40,498 nt of DNA from Hadesarchaea archaeon (GTDB taxonomy: Archaea; Hadarchaeota; Hadarchaeia; Hadarchaeales; Hadarchaeaceae), in contig JAUWXQ010000001.1 in NCBI GenBank assembly GCA_030616305.1, positions 1-40,498 on the forward strand. The letters run 5' to 3'. Both the position numbers and the translations under genes were made by a program. The notes under the pieces were generated by a model. That model saw only the letters and a program-made list of their open reading frames with translations. It was not told where the DNA came from and searched no databases. Below, one piece after another: positions 8,215 to 16,909 of the stretch. The stretch's first letter is position 1, and every line of letters starts with the position of its first letter.

Positions 8215-8937
8215 TTATTTAGGCCGTACCTTTATTATTTTCTTTTCCTTGGTCGGCTTCACTTTTATTACTTTCTTTTCTTCCGCCGGTCGCACTTTTA
8301 TTACCTTGCGCTCCGCCGGCCGTACAATTAGTTTTTTGGGCTTCGTTAACCTTCCTTGGTAAATCCTTGTAACAATGCCCAAGGCCGCTACAGCCACGGA
8401 GACAAAGAACGTTGCAGTGAGAGACAGTGTCACGGGTGCGGTTATGGTCGCGTTGGTCCCGATTTGAATTGTGGATGTCGCAGACCCGCTAATGTATGGT
8501 ATACTGATATTAGTCTGTACTGCCCCTGCGGTTCCACCAGCCATTCCAGATATCACGCCAGGCAGCACATTGTTGAAAATAAAAGCCCCTATCACGAGCA
8601 TAGCTATGAGCATAATAATCATCCAGAACGTTCGCATCACTCCGAACCTGACCAAGTGCTTTCCCCACCAGGTCTTCGCAAACAGGGAACCCGCGATCAT
8701 GAGAGAGCCGGCGATTATCATGCTGATTTTGGCCGCCAGCAGGAAGAGCCCGATTAGGGAGGAACTAAGGGACTGTCCAAGGAAGGACGCGCTGAAATCG
8801 AAAGGCGACAGTCCTATCTCCATCGCACCCGTTCCGGCGGTGCCGATCCACCAAAAGCCCATGAAGGGCAGTGCGAGCATTAGTACGCCCGTGAGTAATC
8901 CGAACCAATTTATAGACTTTACAGTTAGTTCCATCAC
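8215..8937 (-). CDS. Polytopic membrane protein with a tandem Lys-rich C-terminal repeat tail
   Basis: 240-aa ORF with multiple hydrophobic helices. Tail reads KKLIVRPAERKVIKVRPAEEKKVIKVKPTKEKKIIKVRPK, about four 11-aa units encoded by ~33-nt DNA repeats at 8215-8340. 4-nt overlap with the upstream gene. Confidence 0.65.
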   Translation of the reverse strand: MMELTVKSINWFGLLTGVLMLALPFMGFWWIGTAGTGAMEIGLSPFDFSASFLGQSLSSSLIGLFLLAAKISMIIAGSLMIAGSLFAKTWWGKHLVRFGVMRTFWMIIMLIAMLVIGAFIFNNVLPGVISGMAGGTAGAVQTNISIPYISGSATSTIQIGTNATITAPVTLSLTATFFVSVAVAALGIVTRIYQGRLTKPKKLIVRPAERKVIKVRPAEEKKVIKVKPTKEKKIIKVRPK

Positions 8938-9488
8938 GGACCACCCATGCTTTCGCTCATCTGTATCTGAATGCTGAGACCGTAGAACTCGATTGTGATA
9001 CTGGCGTTCTCAAACCCCGGAGTAATGGTTGAGATGTCTCCACCGTGAACATTCATTATATGTTGGATTCCTTCGGTTGTGGGTTGTCCAACTATTGTGA
9101 TATTTGCGGTTCCATTGGCCAGGACCTCAACGCTTTCTTCTTCCATCTGTATTTGGGCCAAAACTACCCCCGGATGATCACCACAAGTCATGTTGCCTGA
9201 GAAATCGGTGATAGTCAATGAAAGATCTATGTTAGATTTGAAACTAACATCCATGCTAATCGAGCCAGTGTTGATATCGTATGTCAGATTCGAGAACGTA
9301 AAGTCCTCTATAGGCGTTCCACTGAATATCCCTCCTATTGAGTCTTGGATTTGGCCCATCTCCGCCTCGCTCGGCATCACGGCCGCCTGAATGTCCCAGT
9401 TGTGCATCCCCAACGCAATTAGGAAAGGCGCAATGAAGAGTAGGATTCCCAGCAATCTGAGGCTCCACTTGAGAGCTCCTTCTTTCAC
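8934..9488 (-). CDS. N-terminally anchored extracytoplasmic protein, function unknown
   Basis: 184-aa ORF with one N-terminal TM segment (LRLLGILLFIAPFLIALG). Translationally coupled to 8215-8937. Confidence 0.55.
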   Translation of the reverse strand: MKEGALKWSLRLLGILLFIAPFLIALGMHNWDIQAAVMPSEAEMGQIQDSIGGIFSGTPIEDFTFSNLTYDINTGSISMDVSFKSNIDLSLTITDFSGNMTCGDHPGVVLAQIQMEEESVEVLANGTANITIVGQPTTEGIQHIMNVHGGDISTITPGFENASITIEFYGLSIQIQMSESMGGP

Positions 9489-9530
9489 TTCGACCCCAGA
9501 TTAGGTCATCGCGGCGATTAAAAAACCTGT

Positions 9531-9800
9531 CTAACATGTTTTGGCTCGTCGGAACGTTCGGATCAGCTTCAGTTTCCCAGCGTGCTTGAGTGATTTCAGC
9601 TTGCGCTCACGTTTCATCGCTGCGCTGCGCGTTTCGAGAGACTCCCAGTAGACGAGTTCAAACGGTCGCCTTGCCTTGGTCGAGCGTACCATTCCTCGGT
9701 TATGCTGCGCCAAGCGATTTTTGAGGTCGGTGGTCTGCCCCGTGTAAAACTTACCGTCCTTCAGGCTCCTCAGGAAGTAAACGTAGTATGTCCCCGACAT
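9531..9800 (-). CDS. Stand-alone GIY-YIG nuclease-domain protein (UPF0213/COG2827-like)
   Basis: YYVYFLRS...GKFYTGQTTDLKNRLAQHN...E...RERKLK matches the GIY-YIG core. Start set at the internal ATG (MSGTYYVYF); the ORF track extends to 9884, overlapping the upstream gene's end. Confidence 0.75.
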   Translation of the reverse strand: MSGTYYVYFLRSLKDGKFYTGQTTDLKNRLAQHNRGMVRSTKARRPFELVYWESLETRSAAMKRERKLKSLKHAGKLKLIRTFRRAKTC

Positions 9801-9873
9801 CTCGCTCGCTTCAGAATAACCACGCACGCATAAACGATTGTCGGCGCGCGCATGGCCATTTTCATCTTTACTT

Positions 9874-11730
9874 TTAATTCTCAAGTAGGATCGTGTCGTT
9901 GAGTATTTCTATTTGGTAGAGTTTCGGATCCTTCCAAAGCTCCTGTGTCCTGTGAAGGACCCACAGGTATTCTCCGTCATGAGCTATGGCCTCGCCCCCA
10001 AACGCAGCAGCGTATATCTCACCGACCAACCCGCCATGCCTATCATACTTGTGGATGCCCCTGCCAGAAGGGGTCACCCAGAAATTCTCTCCGTCAAAAG
10101 TTATGCTTGCACCCCCTCCCTCTTCTAATTCAATAGTGCCGATCAGGTTGCCTTGCCTATCCACTTTGTAAAGAGGGGCCCCAGGCTGCTCTCGTCTCAA
10201 CCAATCGACAAGATACAGATATTCACCATCCCAGGCAATCCCGGAAGAGCCGCTCCCCATTTCAGGGATGTTGAACGAGGAGATGATTTCGCCGTTTGCT
10301 GGGTCGACCTCAAAAACTTTGAGCGCACTAAAGTCGTTGATCCACAAATGTTGACCATCGAAAGCGATACCGCGATCTTGAGCAATTCCAGGATTTGGGA
10401 AGGAAGCAACAATCGCACCGTTCTCTGGGTTCACCTTGATCAACTCGCCCCCGCCCGCGCAAGTGAATCGCCAAAGGTATTCTCCGTCCCAGGCCAGAGA
10501 CCAGCCAAACATCAAGTTCTCGCCTATTTTCTTGATTACCCTCCTCGTCTCATCCTCGTTATCGTAAATATATGGGAACATATCTTCAGGATCCCCAGGC
10601 GTGTATCCTAACTCGGTCTTTTTCACGTCTTGGTAATCGAAAACGAGTTCCGGAATGTCAACAACGCCATCAGTTAGGAATGGCTCATAAGGGACTTCCT
10701 GATCAGATTGGATATTTTCCCCGATGTTGGCGCTATCCACAGTGCTCCACCAATTATTCTCCACATCAAGCTGCTGCATGGAAAAGGCTTGTAAATTTAT
10801 CTCTGTATTGTTGTATATGTCGTTATTGTGGGCTGTGAGCCAGCTGCCCTCAGATATGATGCCAATCTTGTTATTTTTTATTTCGTTAAAAATGAGGTTA
10901 CCCTTAGTTTCGACGATAAAGTGTAACCCCTCCTCGGAATTATTCTCTATTAGGTTATGTTTCAGGTTAACTTCGCTGTAGTCGTCAAATGTTATGCCAA
11001 ATATATTGTTCGCAACCACGTTATTCTCTAAAGTAGCTTTCGTCGCCTCACCGTGAATTCCCGCCCCTTGGTTGTTTTCGATTCTATTGCACCTGATGAC
11101 GACGTTCTCGTTGAACTGCTCCATCGCGATTCCATTGAAACCGGTTCCGTAAATCGTGTTGTTCTCTATGGTCGGATTTGAACGTTCCATGTAAATTCCT
11201 TCGGCGGTTATCCATCGGACGATCGAGTTCGCCACCGTGCCAGAAGAGGTCCAGAACTGGATGCCGATGTAAGCGTATTCAACGATAGAATATTTGATTA
11301 TGTTGTTGTGTCTGCTATCGCTGATAAAAATCCCTTCCCAATCTCCATTGATCGGCTCGGATGCGTCAGACTTAAACCAGATCGGTTCTTCCGGGGTGCC
11401 GATTGCTTTCAGAACGCCGCCGTTGATTTGCAGGCTACCTTTATCCGGGTTTTTGTAATCTCGAGAGTACATGAACTTGACTACGGTTCCTGGCTCGATG
11501 GTAAGTGTCACATTCTCGGGAACTTCGACCCATGAGACAAAAATTTCCCCCGACCAAGTTTCATCATGCTTAAGCGTGCCCGCTTTTGTCACCATCCCAG
11601 GCAGCTCGTTTTCCGACGGCCCTGGTGCTCCCTCGGGCGCTTCCCTCAGCACGAGGTAAACGCCGCCGCCGGCAAGGGCGAGAATGAGCACGAGCATGAC
11701 AATCAGAAGTTTCTGATTCATCTGTACCAA
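9874..11730 (-). CDS. Secreted or anchored protein: N-terminal parallel beta-helix repeats plus a C-terminal beta-propeller-like repeat domain
   Basis: Signal/anchor LLIVMLVLILALAGGGVYLVL. Beta-helix units (NNxIxxNxxxGI). Five copies of a G[IL]A[WFH]DG[EQ]xLW-type motif: SLAWDGEYLW, GIAFDGQHLW, GIAWDGEYLY, ITFDGENFW, IAHDGEYLW. Confidence 0.75.
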   Translation of the reverse strand: MVQMNQKLLIVMLVLILALAGGGVYLVLREAPEGAPGPSENELPGMVTKAGTLKHDETWSGEIFVSWVEVPENVTLTIEPGTVVKFMYSRDYKNPDKGSLQINGGVLKAIGTPEEPIWFKSDASEPINGDWEGIFISDSRHNNIIKYSIVEYAYIGIQFWTSSGTVANSIVRWITAEGIYMERSNPTIENNTIYGTGFNGIAMEQFNENVVIRCNRIENNQGAGIHGEATKATLENNVVANNIFGITFDDYSEVNLKHNLIENNSEEGLHFIVETKGNLIFNEIKNNKIGIISEGSWLTAHNNDIYNNTEINLQAFSMQQLDVENNWWSTVDSANIGENIQSDQEVPYEPFLTDGVVDIPELVFDYQDVKKTELGYTPGDPEDMFPYIYDNEDETRRVIKKIGENLMFGWSLAWDGEYLWRFTCAGGGELIKVNPENGAIVASFPNPGIAQDRGIAFDGQHLWINDFSALKVFEVDPANGEIISSFNIPEMGSGSSGIAWDGEYLYLVDWLRREQPGAPLYKVDRQGNLIGTIELEEGGGASITFDGENFWVTPSGRGIHKYDRHGGLVGEIYAAAFGGEAIAHDGEYLWVLHRTQELWKDPKLYQIEILNDTILLEN

Positions 11731-11790
11731 AATTAAGAGCGAATTTTCTCCTCTTATAAATAACCTTCACCCAAAGCCCCGGCGGGAAAA

Positions 11791-12150
11791 ATGGACGAGA
11801 AAGGACAGTTGATGGGAGTCCCGATAAAATTGGTGATGGCTCTTGTGATCGGCACGATGACGATGGGAGTGCTGATGCAGTTCGTGGGGACGGCCGAGCG
11901 AACCGTGCTGCGGGACATGGACGTGGCTTTTACCAAAACAGACGGCGGTGACCTTGGAGTCCAAATTTCAGACGCACAAAGTGGCGAGGAGTTGGGGGGT
12001 GCTACTATCGTTGTCACATATCCGGGAGGCATGATTGCAGAAACTCTCAGTGCGAACGATGACGACCACACATTCTACAACATACTACCCCGTGGCACTG
12101 ATATTGCAGTAGTCACCGTACGTGTGACGCGAAATGGCTACATCCCATGA
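11791..12150 (+). CDS. Archaeal type IV prepilin-like protein (class III signal peptide)
   Basis: MDEKGQLMGVPIKLVMALVIGTMTMGVLM has a KG/Q cleavage-type motif followed by a hydrophobic helix, as in euryarchaeal pilins. Small beta-rich C-terminal domain. Confidence 0.55.
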   Translation: MDEKGQLMGVPIKLVMALVIGTMTMGVLMQFVGTAERTVLRDMDVAFTKTDGGDLGVQISDAQSGEELGGATIVVTYPGGMIAETLSANDDDHTFYNILPRGTDIAVVTVRVTRNGYIP

Positions 12151-12164
12151 TAAAGTGGGAACTT

Positions 12165-12179
12165 ACCTGAATTTTAACT
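12165..12179. repeat. Left terminal inverted repeat of the island
   Basis: acctgaattttaact; its reverse complement agttaaaattcaggt matches agtgaaaattcaggt at 29983-29997 in 14 of 15 positions. Confidence 0.5.
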
Positions 12180-12195
12180 TTCCGCTTAGTCAGAG

Positions 12196-12981
12196 CTATG
12201 CTAGGTTAAAAGGCTGAGGTGGAGCCCAAACTTTGAATTTCTTCAAATATTCTTTTCTCAAATCCTCCACTTTTTCATCCAACGTCCCCGCTATCTCGCC
12301 GAACCTTTTTACAGTCTTGTCGCTCCCCAAAGAATTCACGATTTTTTTATGAAGTAAGTCAGAAATAGCGGTGGGGAACCTAACATCATATCCACCCCCA
12401 CCAAATTCTACGGGGCATTGTGCGAGAATATTTTTGACAGCTAGATCGTTGAATATAAATGACTCTAAGGGAATCTCCCTACCATCTATATTGACCAATA
12501 TACTGGGGCGTTTATGAAACTTCTCCAAGATTGCAGTGCAGTGCTCTTTAAAGCCTAGTTCCGCGCTTATAACCTGATGATTTTCCTTTGTGAATTCCTC
12601 AAAGACAATACGTGCTTTGGTCCTCAACTGATCTAGGCTTTTGCTGGTCTCCTCCTGATACTCGGACAAAGAGGAGATGAGCAAACTTGCTTTGTGGGAA
12701 AAAGTTCGGTAAAAAATTTTCTTTACGAACCACCTCTTTTCGAGTTCCCCAACTATCCTCTTCAAGGGGAATATCTCTATACCCATATCATAGCCTGCGG
12801 CATGAGCTCCAACACCAAACCTTTTTCTGAAAGAGTTCCAATTTTTAAGATACAATCCAAAAGATACGACATCATTTTCAACTTTATCAAGAAATGCTCT
12901 TTTTTCATCCACCAATGAGTAGAGAGCTGTAAACGAAGTAGCTATTGCCACTATTCCCATAATCAAAATTTCAATGCCCAT
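12196..12981 (-). CDS. N-terminally membrane-anchored hypothetical protein
   Basis: 261-aa ORF with TM segment MGIEILIMGIVAIATSFTALYSLV and a cytoplasmic helical domain. Last gene of the integrase-led minus-strand string. Confidence 0.55.
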   Translation of the reverse strand: MGIEILIMGIVAIATSFTALYSLVDEKRAFLDKVENDVVSFGLYLKNWNSFRKRFGVGAHAAGYDMGIEIFPLKRIVGELEKRWFVKKIFYRTFSHKASLLISSLSEYQEETSKSLDQLRTKARIVFEEFTKENHQVISAELGFKEHCTAILEKFHKRPSILVNIDGREIPLESFIFNDLAVKNILAQCPVEFGGGGYDVRFPTAISDLLHKKIVNSLGSDKTVKRFGEIAGTLDEKVEDLRKEYLKKFKVWAPPQPFNLA

Positions 12982-13021
12982 GAAACTCGCGCCTCGGAGT
13001 TAAGTTCTGGCCCGAGTGCTA

Positions 13022-13447
13022 CTAAGATTTTTGTGTTGTCCGCAAGTATCCGCCAGCCTTAACCGACATATGGATTAAAAGCCCGTACCTTTTCGTGAAG
13101 TCATACTGCTCTCGTGAGATGTATACTATATTGCAAACGGGTGTTGGGTTGCGAGTGTGAGTAGAAAAGCACTCTGGAGAGTCATGATACTCAATTCCCC
13201 CCACGCCAATGCGAGTCGCTGGAATGTGCCATTCAACGACCCGCCCGCCTTCTCTATTGAATTCGCCAAACAGCTTCGCCATTTCTTCTTTCAGCTCGCT
13301 TTCTTTGTCAACGGGTATCCTCGCCACCGCTTTCTCGATTACAACGTCCTCATCTCTTTCAAGCGCCTCTTTGGTCATCCTGAGCACGATATCCTTAGGA
13401 TTCTCGTTCGTCCACTCCCTACCACCATTAGAAAACAGTAAAGGCAT
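13022..13447 (-). CDS. Hypothetical protein
   Basis: 141-aa ORF starting 19 nt downstream of the integrase stop. No recognisable motif. Confidence 0.5.
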   Translation of the reverse strand: MPLLFSNGGREWTNENPKDIVLRMTKEALERDEDVVIEKAVARIPVDKESELKEEMAKLFGEFNREGGRVVEWHIPATRIGVGGIEYHDSPECFSTHTRNPTPVCNIVYISREQYDFTKRYGLLIHMSVKAGGYLRTTQKS

Positions 13448-13466
13448 TTATTTCACTTCTCTAACT

Positions 13467-14876
13467 TCATTTATCTTCTGGACTTAATAATTCTTTCCGC
13501 ATCATGTCCTTCAGCGCCCTGCTCAGGGCTTTCACCTGATCCTCCTCGTTCCCGACGATTGCTCGGTGGGGTTCGCTGAGTGCCTCCCGCGTCAGGACTT
13601 TCTCAGGGTCAAGCCCCCAAGCTCGAACTATCTCCTTAAGCGCTTCTATCTTTGAGAGGCTCGTTTTGGGTCTTATCGATAGTCCGGACGCAACGTAGAT
13701 ACCTCGAATGAACTCGATGCCTTTCATGTCGATGTCGTGGTAAGTCGAGATTGTGTGTCCCATCATGTACTCAATGTAATCGCGATCCACACCCAGAGCC
13801 GAGAGTTGAGTTCGAAAGAATTTGCGTATCGAGTGTGCTCTAAGCTTGTATCTCCTTCTGGAACTGCTTGATATTACCCCCGCTTTTCTGTAGAGCGCGT
13901 GGACTGTGTTGTAAATCTGTTTGGGCGTTACTGGTGTCACCTTCGCGCGATGCTTGTTCCTGATGATCGGGCTCTCATCGGTTATCACCTCAGGTGGGAT
14001 TCCCCTTACAACGACATATCCATCCGAGCAGTGGTACTCCCTCATGGTTCCGCGCCGCCTCGCGTCCAGATACGCTTTTATATACTCAACGGCTTCCCTG
14101 CCGAGAAATGTGTCGTAATCGTGATACTTTCCCTTGGTGATTTCGGCCTCCACGTGCACATGTATCGGTATTATCCCCTTTTCCAAGTCATCCCTGATGT
14201 GTCGGTACTTCAGCTTCGCCAGCGTGCCTATTCGAAACCCCCCAAGGGCCAAGCACAAGACTATGACTTTGTCCCTCAGGTCTGCGAGATCTATGACCTT
14301 TTGGAGTTCTTCAGGTTTCGGGGCCCTGTCCTCGTATTTGACTACCCTCCTGAGCTTGTACGGTAGCTTCGGCTCCAGTTTGTTAGTTGAGTAAAAGGTC
14401 TTCACCCCTTTGACGTAGGAGCTGATCGTGCATGGGGCAAGCCCATCTGCCTTTAGCCCTCCAATGAAATCGTCGATCAGCTTGGAGTGCTCTTCTATCT
14501 TTTTCAAGTTCGGCAGGCTGTCCGCATCCTTGCACTCTCGAATAAGGTCATCCGGCTCTCGCCCGGTCCACCTGCAGAACAGGCACACGCTCCACACATA
14601 GTTGCGTAGGGTGTATCGGCTTGAGGTCAACCCGCGCCTCAGGTATTTTGCCATCTCAAATAGGCTTTGGTTGCGACAGGCAAACGGTATCAAGTTTGGA
14701 GTATTCTCCAACAAACTTTCGATTATGTAGTTGTACACGTCTTCTTCCCCACGACCAATACCGGCGGGGAGTTCTATGGTGATGGGCTTGTTGAGCTTGT
14801 AGCCGTTTGAGCTGTGCGTCAGCTCCCGAATAGTCACTCCTTTTTCCTCGCTACAAACGCATTGTGCATTTTCCAT
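13467..14876 (-). CDS. Tyrosine recombinase / phage-type integrase
   Basis: ALGGFRIGTLAKL (Arg I), RAHSIRKFF (H-x-x-R), MGHTISTYH (His) and a downstream Tyr (IRGIY). N-terminal SAM-like core-binding region. Confidence 0.85.
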   Translation of the reverse strand: MENAQCVCSEEKGVTIRELTHSSNGYKLNKPITIELPAGIGRGEEDVYNYIIESLLENTPNLIPFACRNQSLFEMAKYLRRGLTSSRYTLRNYVWSVCLFCRWTGREPDDLIRECKDADSLPNLKKIEEHSKLIDDFIGGLKADGLAPCTISSYVKGVKTFYSTNKLEPKLPYKLRRVVKYEDRAPKPEELQKVIDLADLRDKVIVLCLALGGFRIGTLAKLKYRHIRDDLEKGIIPIHVHVEAEITKGKYHDYDTFLGREAVEYIKAYLDARRRGTMREYHCSDGYVVVRGIPPEVITDESPIIRNKHRAKVTPVTPKQIYNTVHALYRKAGVISSSSRRRYKLRAHSIRKFFRTQLSALGVDRDYIEYMMGHTISTYHDIDMKGIEFIRGIYVASGLSIRPKTSLSKIEALKEIVRAWGLDPEKVLTREALSEPHRAIVGNEEDQVKALSRALKDMMRKELLSPEDK

Positions 14877-14964
14877 TTTATCGCCTGTGTGCTAAAGCAT
14901 ACATACATAATTATGAGGAGAAGTATTTAAGCGTGCTGGCATAACAACATGCTGGTGTTTAAGC

Positions 14965-15105
14965 ATGGGACGGATGACAATCGAACTTCCGGACGAGCTG
15001 GATCGCGAGTTTCGGGTGAAAGTTGTAAAGGAATACGGGGGAAAGAAAGGGGCCCTCGGCGATGCCATCCAGGAAGCCGTTAAGCTGTGGTTAAAAAAGA
15101 AGTAA
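14965..15105 (+). CDS. Ribbon-helix-helix (CopG/Arc-type) small DNA-binding protein (not in the ORF track)
   Basis: Hand translation gives MGRMTIELPDELDREFRVKVVKEYGGKKGALGDAIQEAVKLWLKKK, a beta-strand plus two-helix pattern. Lies directly upstream of and divergent from the integrase. Confidence 0.6.
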   Translation: MGRMTIELPDELDREFRVKVVKEYGGKKGALGDAIQEAVKLWLKKK

Positions 15106-15112
15106 CTCATTA

Positions 15113-15406
15113 TCATACCCTACTCAGCTTGAGTATGTCGGGCCGCAGGACCACTAGGCCTGTCGTTCGCTGTTTTGCATTTTCTAATGGCTCTGTAAAT
15201 CTCTCCCACACAATTTTGATGTAATCGCTGTTTTCCTCGGCAAGCCACCCGACCGTTTCTCTCACGCATGGCCCATGGGGATCAGGATAAACATCTTTGA
15301 AGAGAACGTGGTCTTTGTAGCGAATATAAACAACATCACCGACTTTCAATCTGAATCCCAGTTGAGTAAAGGTAACCTTGCTGTTTGAGCTTTGTGAAAA
15401 TTCCAA
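15113..15406 (-). CDS. Hypothetical small protein
   Basis: 97-aa ORF, beta-rich (VGDVVYIRYKDHVLFKD). No family recognised. Confidence 0.45.
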   Translation of the reverse strand: MEFSQSSNSKVTFTQLGFRLKVGDVVYIRYKDHVLFKDVYPDPHGPCVRETVGWLAEENSDYIKIVWERFTEPLENAKQRTTGLVVLRPDILKLSRV

Positions 15407-15661
15407 TTTTTTGGAATTTTAGAAATCCTCAAGACTTCAAAAGTTGATTACTTTTTCAAGGGAGGAAAAACTCATGCTATTTAAAACCACGCGAAATCTT
15501 TTTAAGAAAAGGATGATTCGGTCAGCCTTGCCTGAGCGTATCATACTGACCATAAATATTTTTCGCAAACCTTTAAATAATCATCATACTCTCTGTGGTT
15601 TTCTGCGATTTTTTTCTTGGTGGAATTACTGCATCATACAAAACAGAATACGGGTGAAAAA

Positions 15662-16885
15662 ATGATAATGGATATGGAATACTATAAGGCTCTGGAGAAA
15701 GAAGTGGAGAAAGAATTGGACGAACTCTTCAGCGACGACGAAAAAGAACTGCCCGAGCCAGAGGATATTTCTAAAGAAGTTAGTGGAAACTCTGGTCACG
15801 GTTCCTCACCTGAAAAAACCGATGTTCCAAAACCTGACGAAAAAAGCGACCGAGGTGTTGCCATATACCTGCGGGTCAGCACCGACCGGCAGGCAGAACA
15901 CGGGTACAGCCTTCAGGACCAAGAGGAGAGGCTGAGAGAAGAGGCACGGAGGAGGGGTTTTGCCCGTCTCTACAAAGTCGAGGATGCGGGCGAGTCGGGG
16001 ACAAACTTTGAGAGGAAGGGGCTGAGCGAGATTCTCCAGCTGGCTACTGGAAGAAAGATAGACACGGTTCTCGTGACGAGCCTCGACAGGATAGGGAGAG
16101 ATCTGATTGAGTCCCTCCATTATGCCCGTATGCTCCGGGAACTCGGAGTCAAAATTGCGGCGATGAGCGGGGAGACCGACATAGCGACGGAGGAGGGCCT
16201 CATGTATGCAACGATACAATTCCTTTCGGCGGAGCTAGAAAACAAGAGGAGGACTAAAACCTCGATTGCGGGCAGAGTTCAGAGCTTCAAACAAAAGCAC
16301 TGGAACAAACCCGTACCAAAGGGATACCTGAAAAAAGCGGACGGCTGGATAGAAAAGGACCCACGATGGGAACAGGTCATCAAAGACGTGTTCAAACTAT
16401 TTTTAGAGACTGGGAACTACCAAACCGTAAAGCACGTGATAAACGAGGAGCACAAAGAAACCCTGCCAAAACCCCTGACGCGCCAGCAGGTAAGGCAGAT
16501 AATATGTGATCCGGTATATGTTGGCAGGCCCCAGTACTCTGGGAAAGCCTCGAAAAAGGAGTTTGGAAGGGACATCACCGTGGAGGATTTGGCCCTAGCA
16601 TATGTGGATCAGAACACTTTTGAACGGGCTCGGGAGATATCCAAAAAAATTAAAGAAAAATACTCCCGCGGAAAGGAAAATGTAATCAATGCAGGGGAGC
16701 TCGTTAAGAAGTTCGGATCTACAATCTTGGAGGAAATCCCGCACATCGCCGTCATGTGTCCAGAGTGCGGAGAGAGGATGGTTAGGAATGGCACGAAAAT
16801 ACTCGACGGTTGCATCGTTCAGAACTACCTCTGTAGAAGTTGTAACAGACAGTGGAGACCTTGCAAAGAATGGGTAGGTCGGTAA
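15662..16885 (+). CDS. Large serine recombinase (resolvase domain + recombinase domain + C-terminal zinc ribbon)
   Basis: VAIYLRVSTDRQAEHGYSLQDQ (catalytic Ser), SLDRIGRD, a recombinase-domain region, and CPECGERM...CRSCNRQW. ATG at 15662 preceded by GGGTGA; the ORF track starts at 15617. Confidence 0.85.
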   Translation: MIMDMEYYKALEKEVEKELDELFSDDEKELPEPEDISKEVSGNSGHGSSPEKTDVPKPDEKSDRGVAIYLRVSTDRQAEHGYSLQDQEERLREEARRRGFARLYKVEDAGESGTNFERKGLSEILQLATGRKIDTVLVTSLDRIGRDLIESLHYARMLRELGVKIAAMSGETDIATEEGLMYATIQFLSAELENKRRTKTSIAGRVQSFKQKHWNKPVPKGYLKKADGWIEKDPRWEQVIKDVFKLFLETGNYQTVKHVINEEHKETLPKPLTRQQVRQIICDPVYVGRPQYSGKASKKEFGRDITVEDLALAYVDQNTFERAREISKKIKEKYSRGKENVINAGELVKKFGSTILEEIPHIAVMCPECGERMVRNGTKILDGCIVQNYLCRSCNRQWRPCKEWVGR

Positions 16886-16909
16886 AGATAGCCGACCTTC
16901 AATAAGCGT

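Noticed and set aside
8317-8332. Short matches to the tRNA 3' half (ccgccggccg at 8317-8332, gcgggttcaaat at about 19909-19920) as possible att sites for a tRNA-targeting element
   Set aside because: The matches are only 10-12 nt, lie inside coding sequence, and are not positioned at compositional or gene-content boundaries. They are most likely chance.
8215-8340. Tandem ~33-nt repeats, and the 112-bp and 33-bp repeats elsewhere, considered as a possible CRISPR array
   Set aside because: The repeats are coding (Lys-rich tail, Ig units, small-ORF ends). They lack regularly sized unique spacers, and no cas genes are present. No CRISPR array is evident in the window.
14965-15406. RHH (14965-15105) plus the 97-aa ORF (15113-15406) as a toxin-antitoxin pair
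   Set aside because: The two genes are convergent on opposite strands, so they do not form a TA operon. The RHH is more simply the integrase-proximal regulator.
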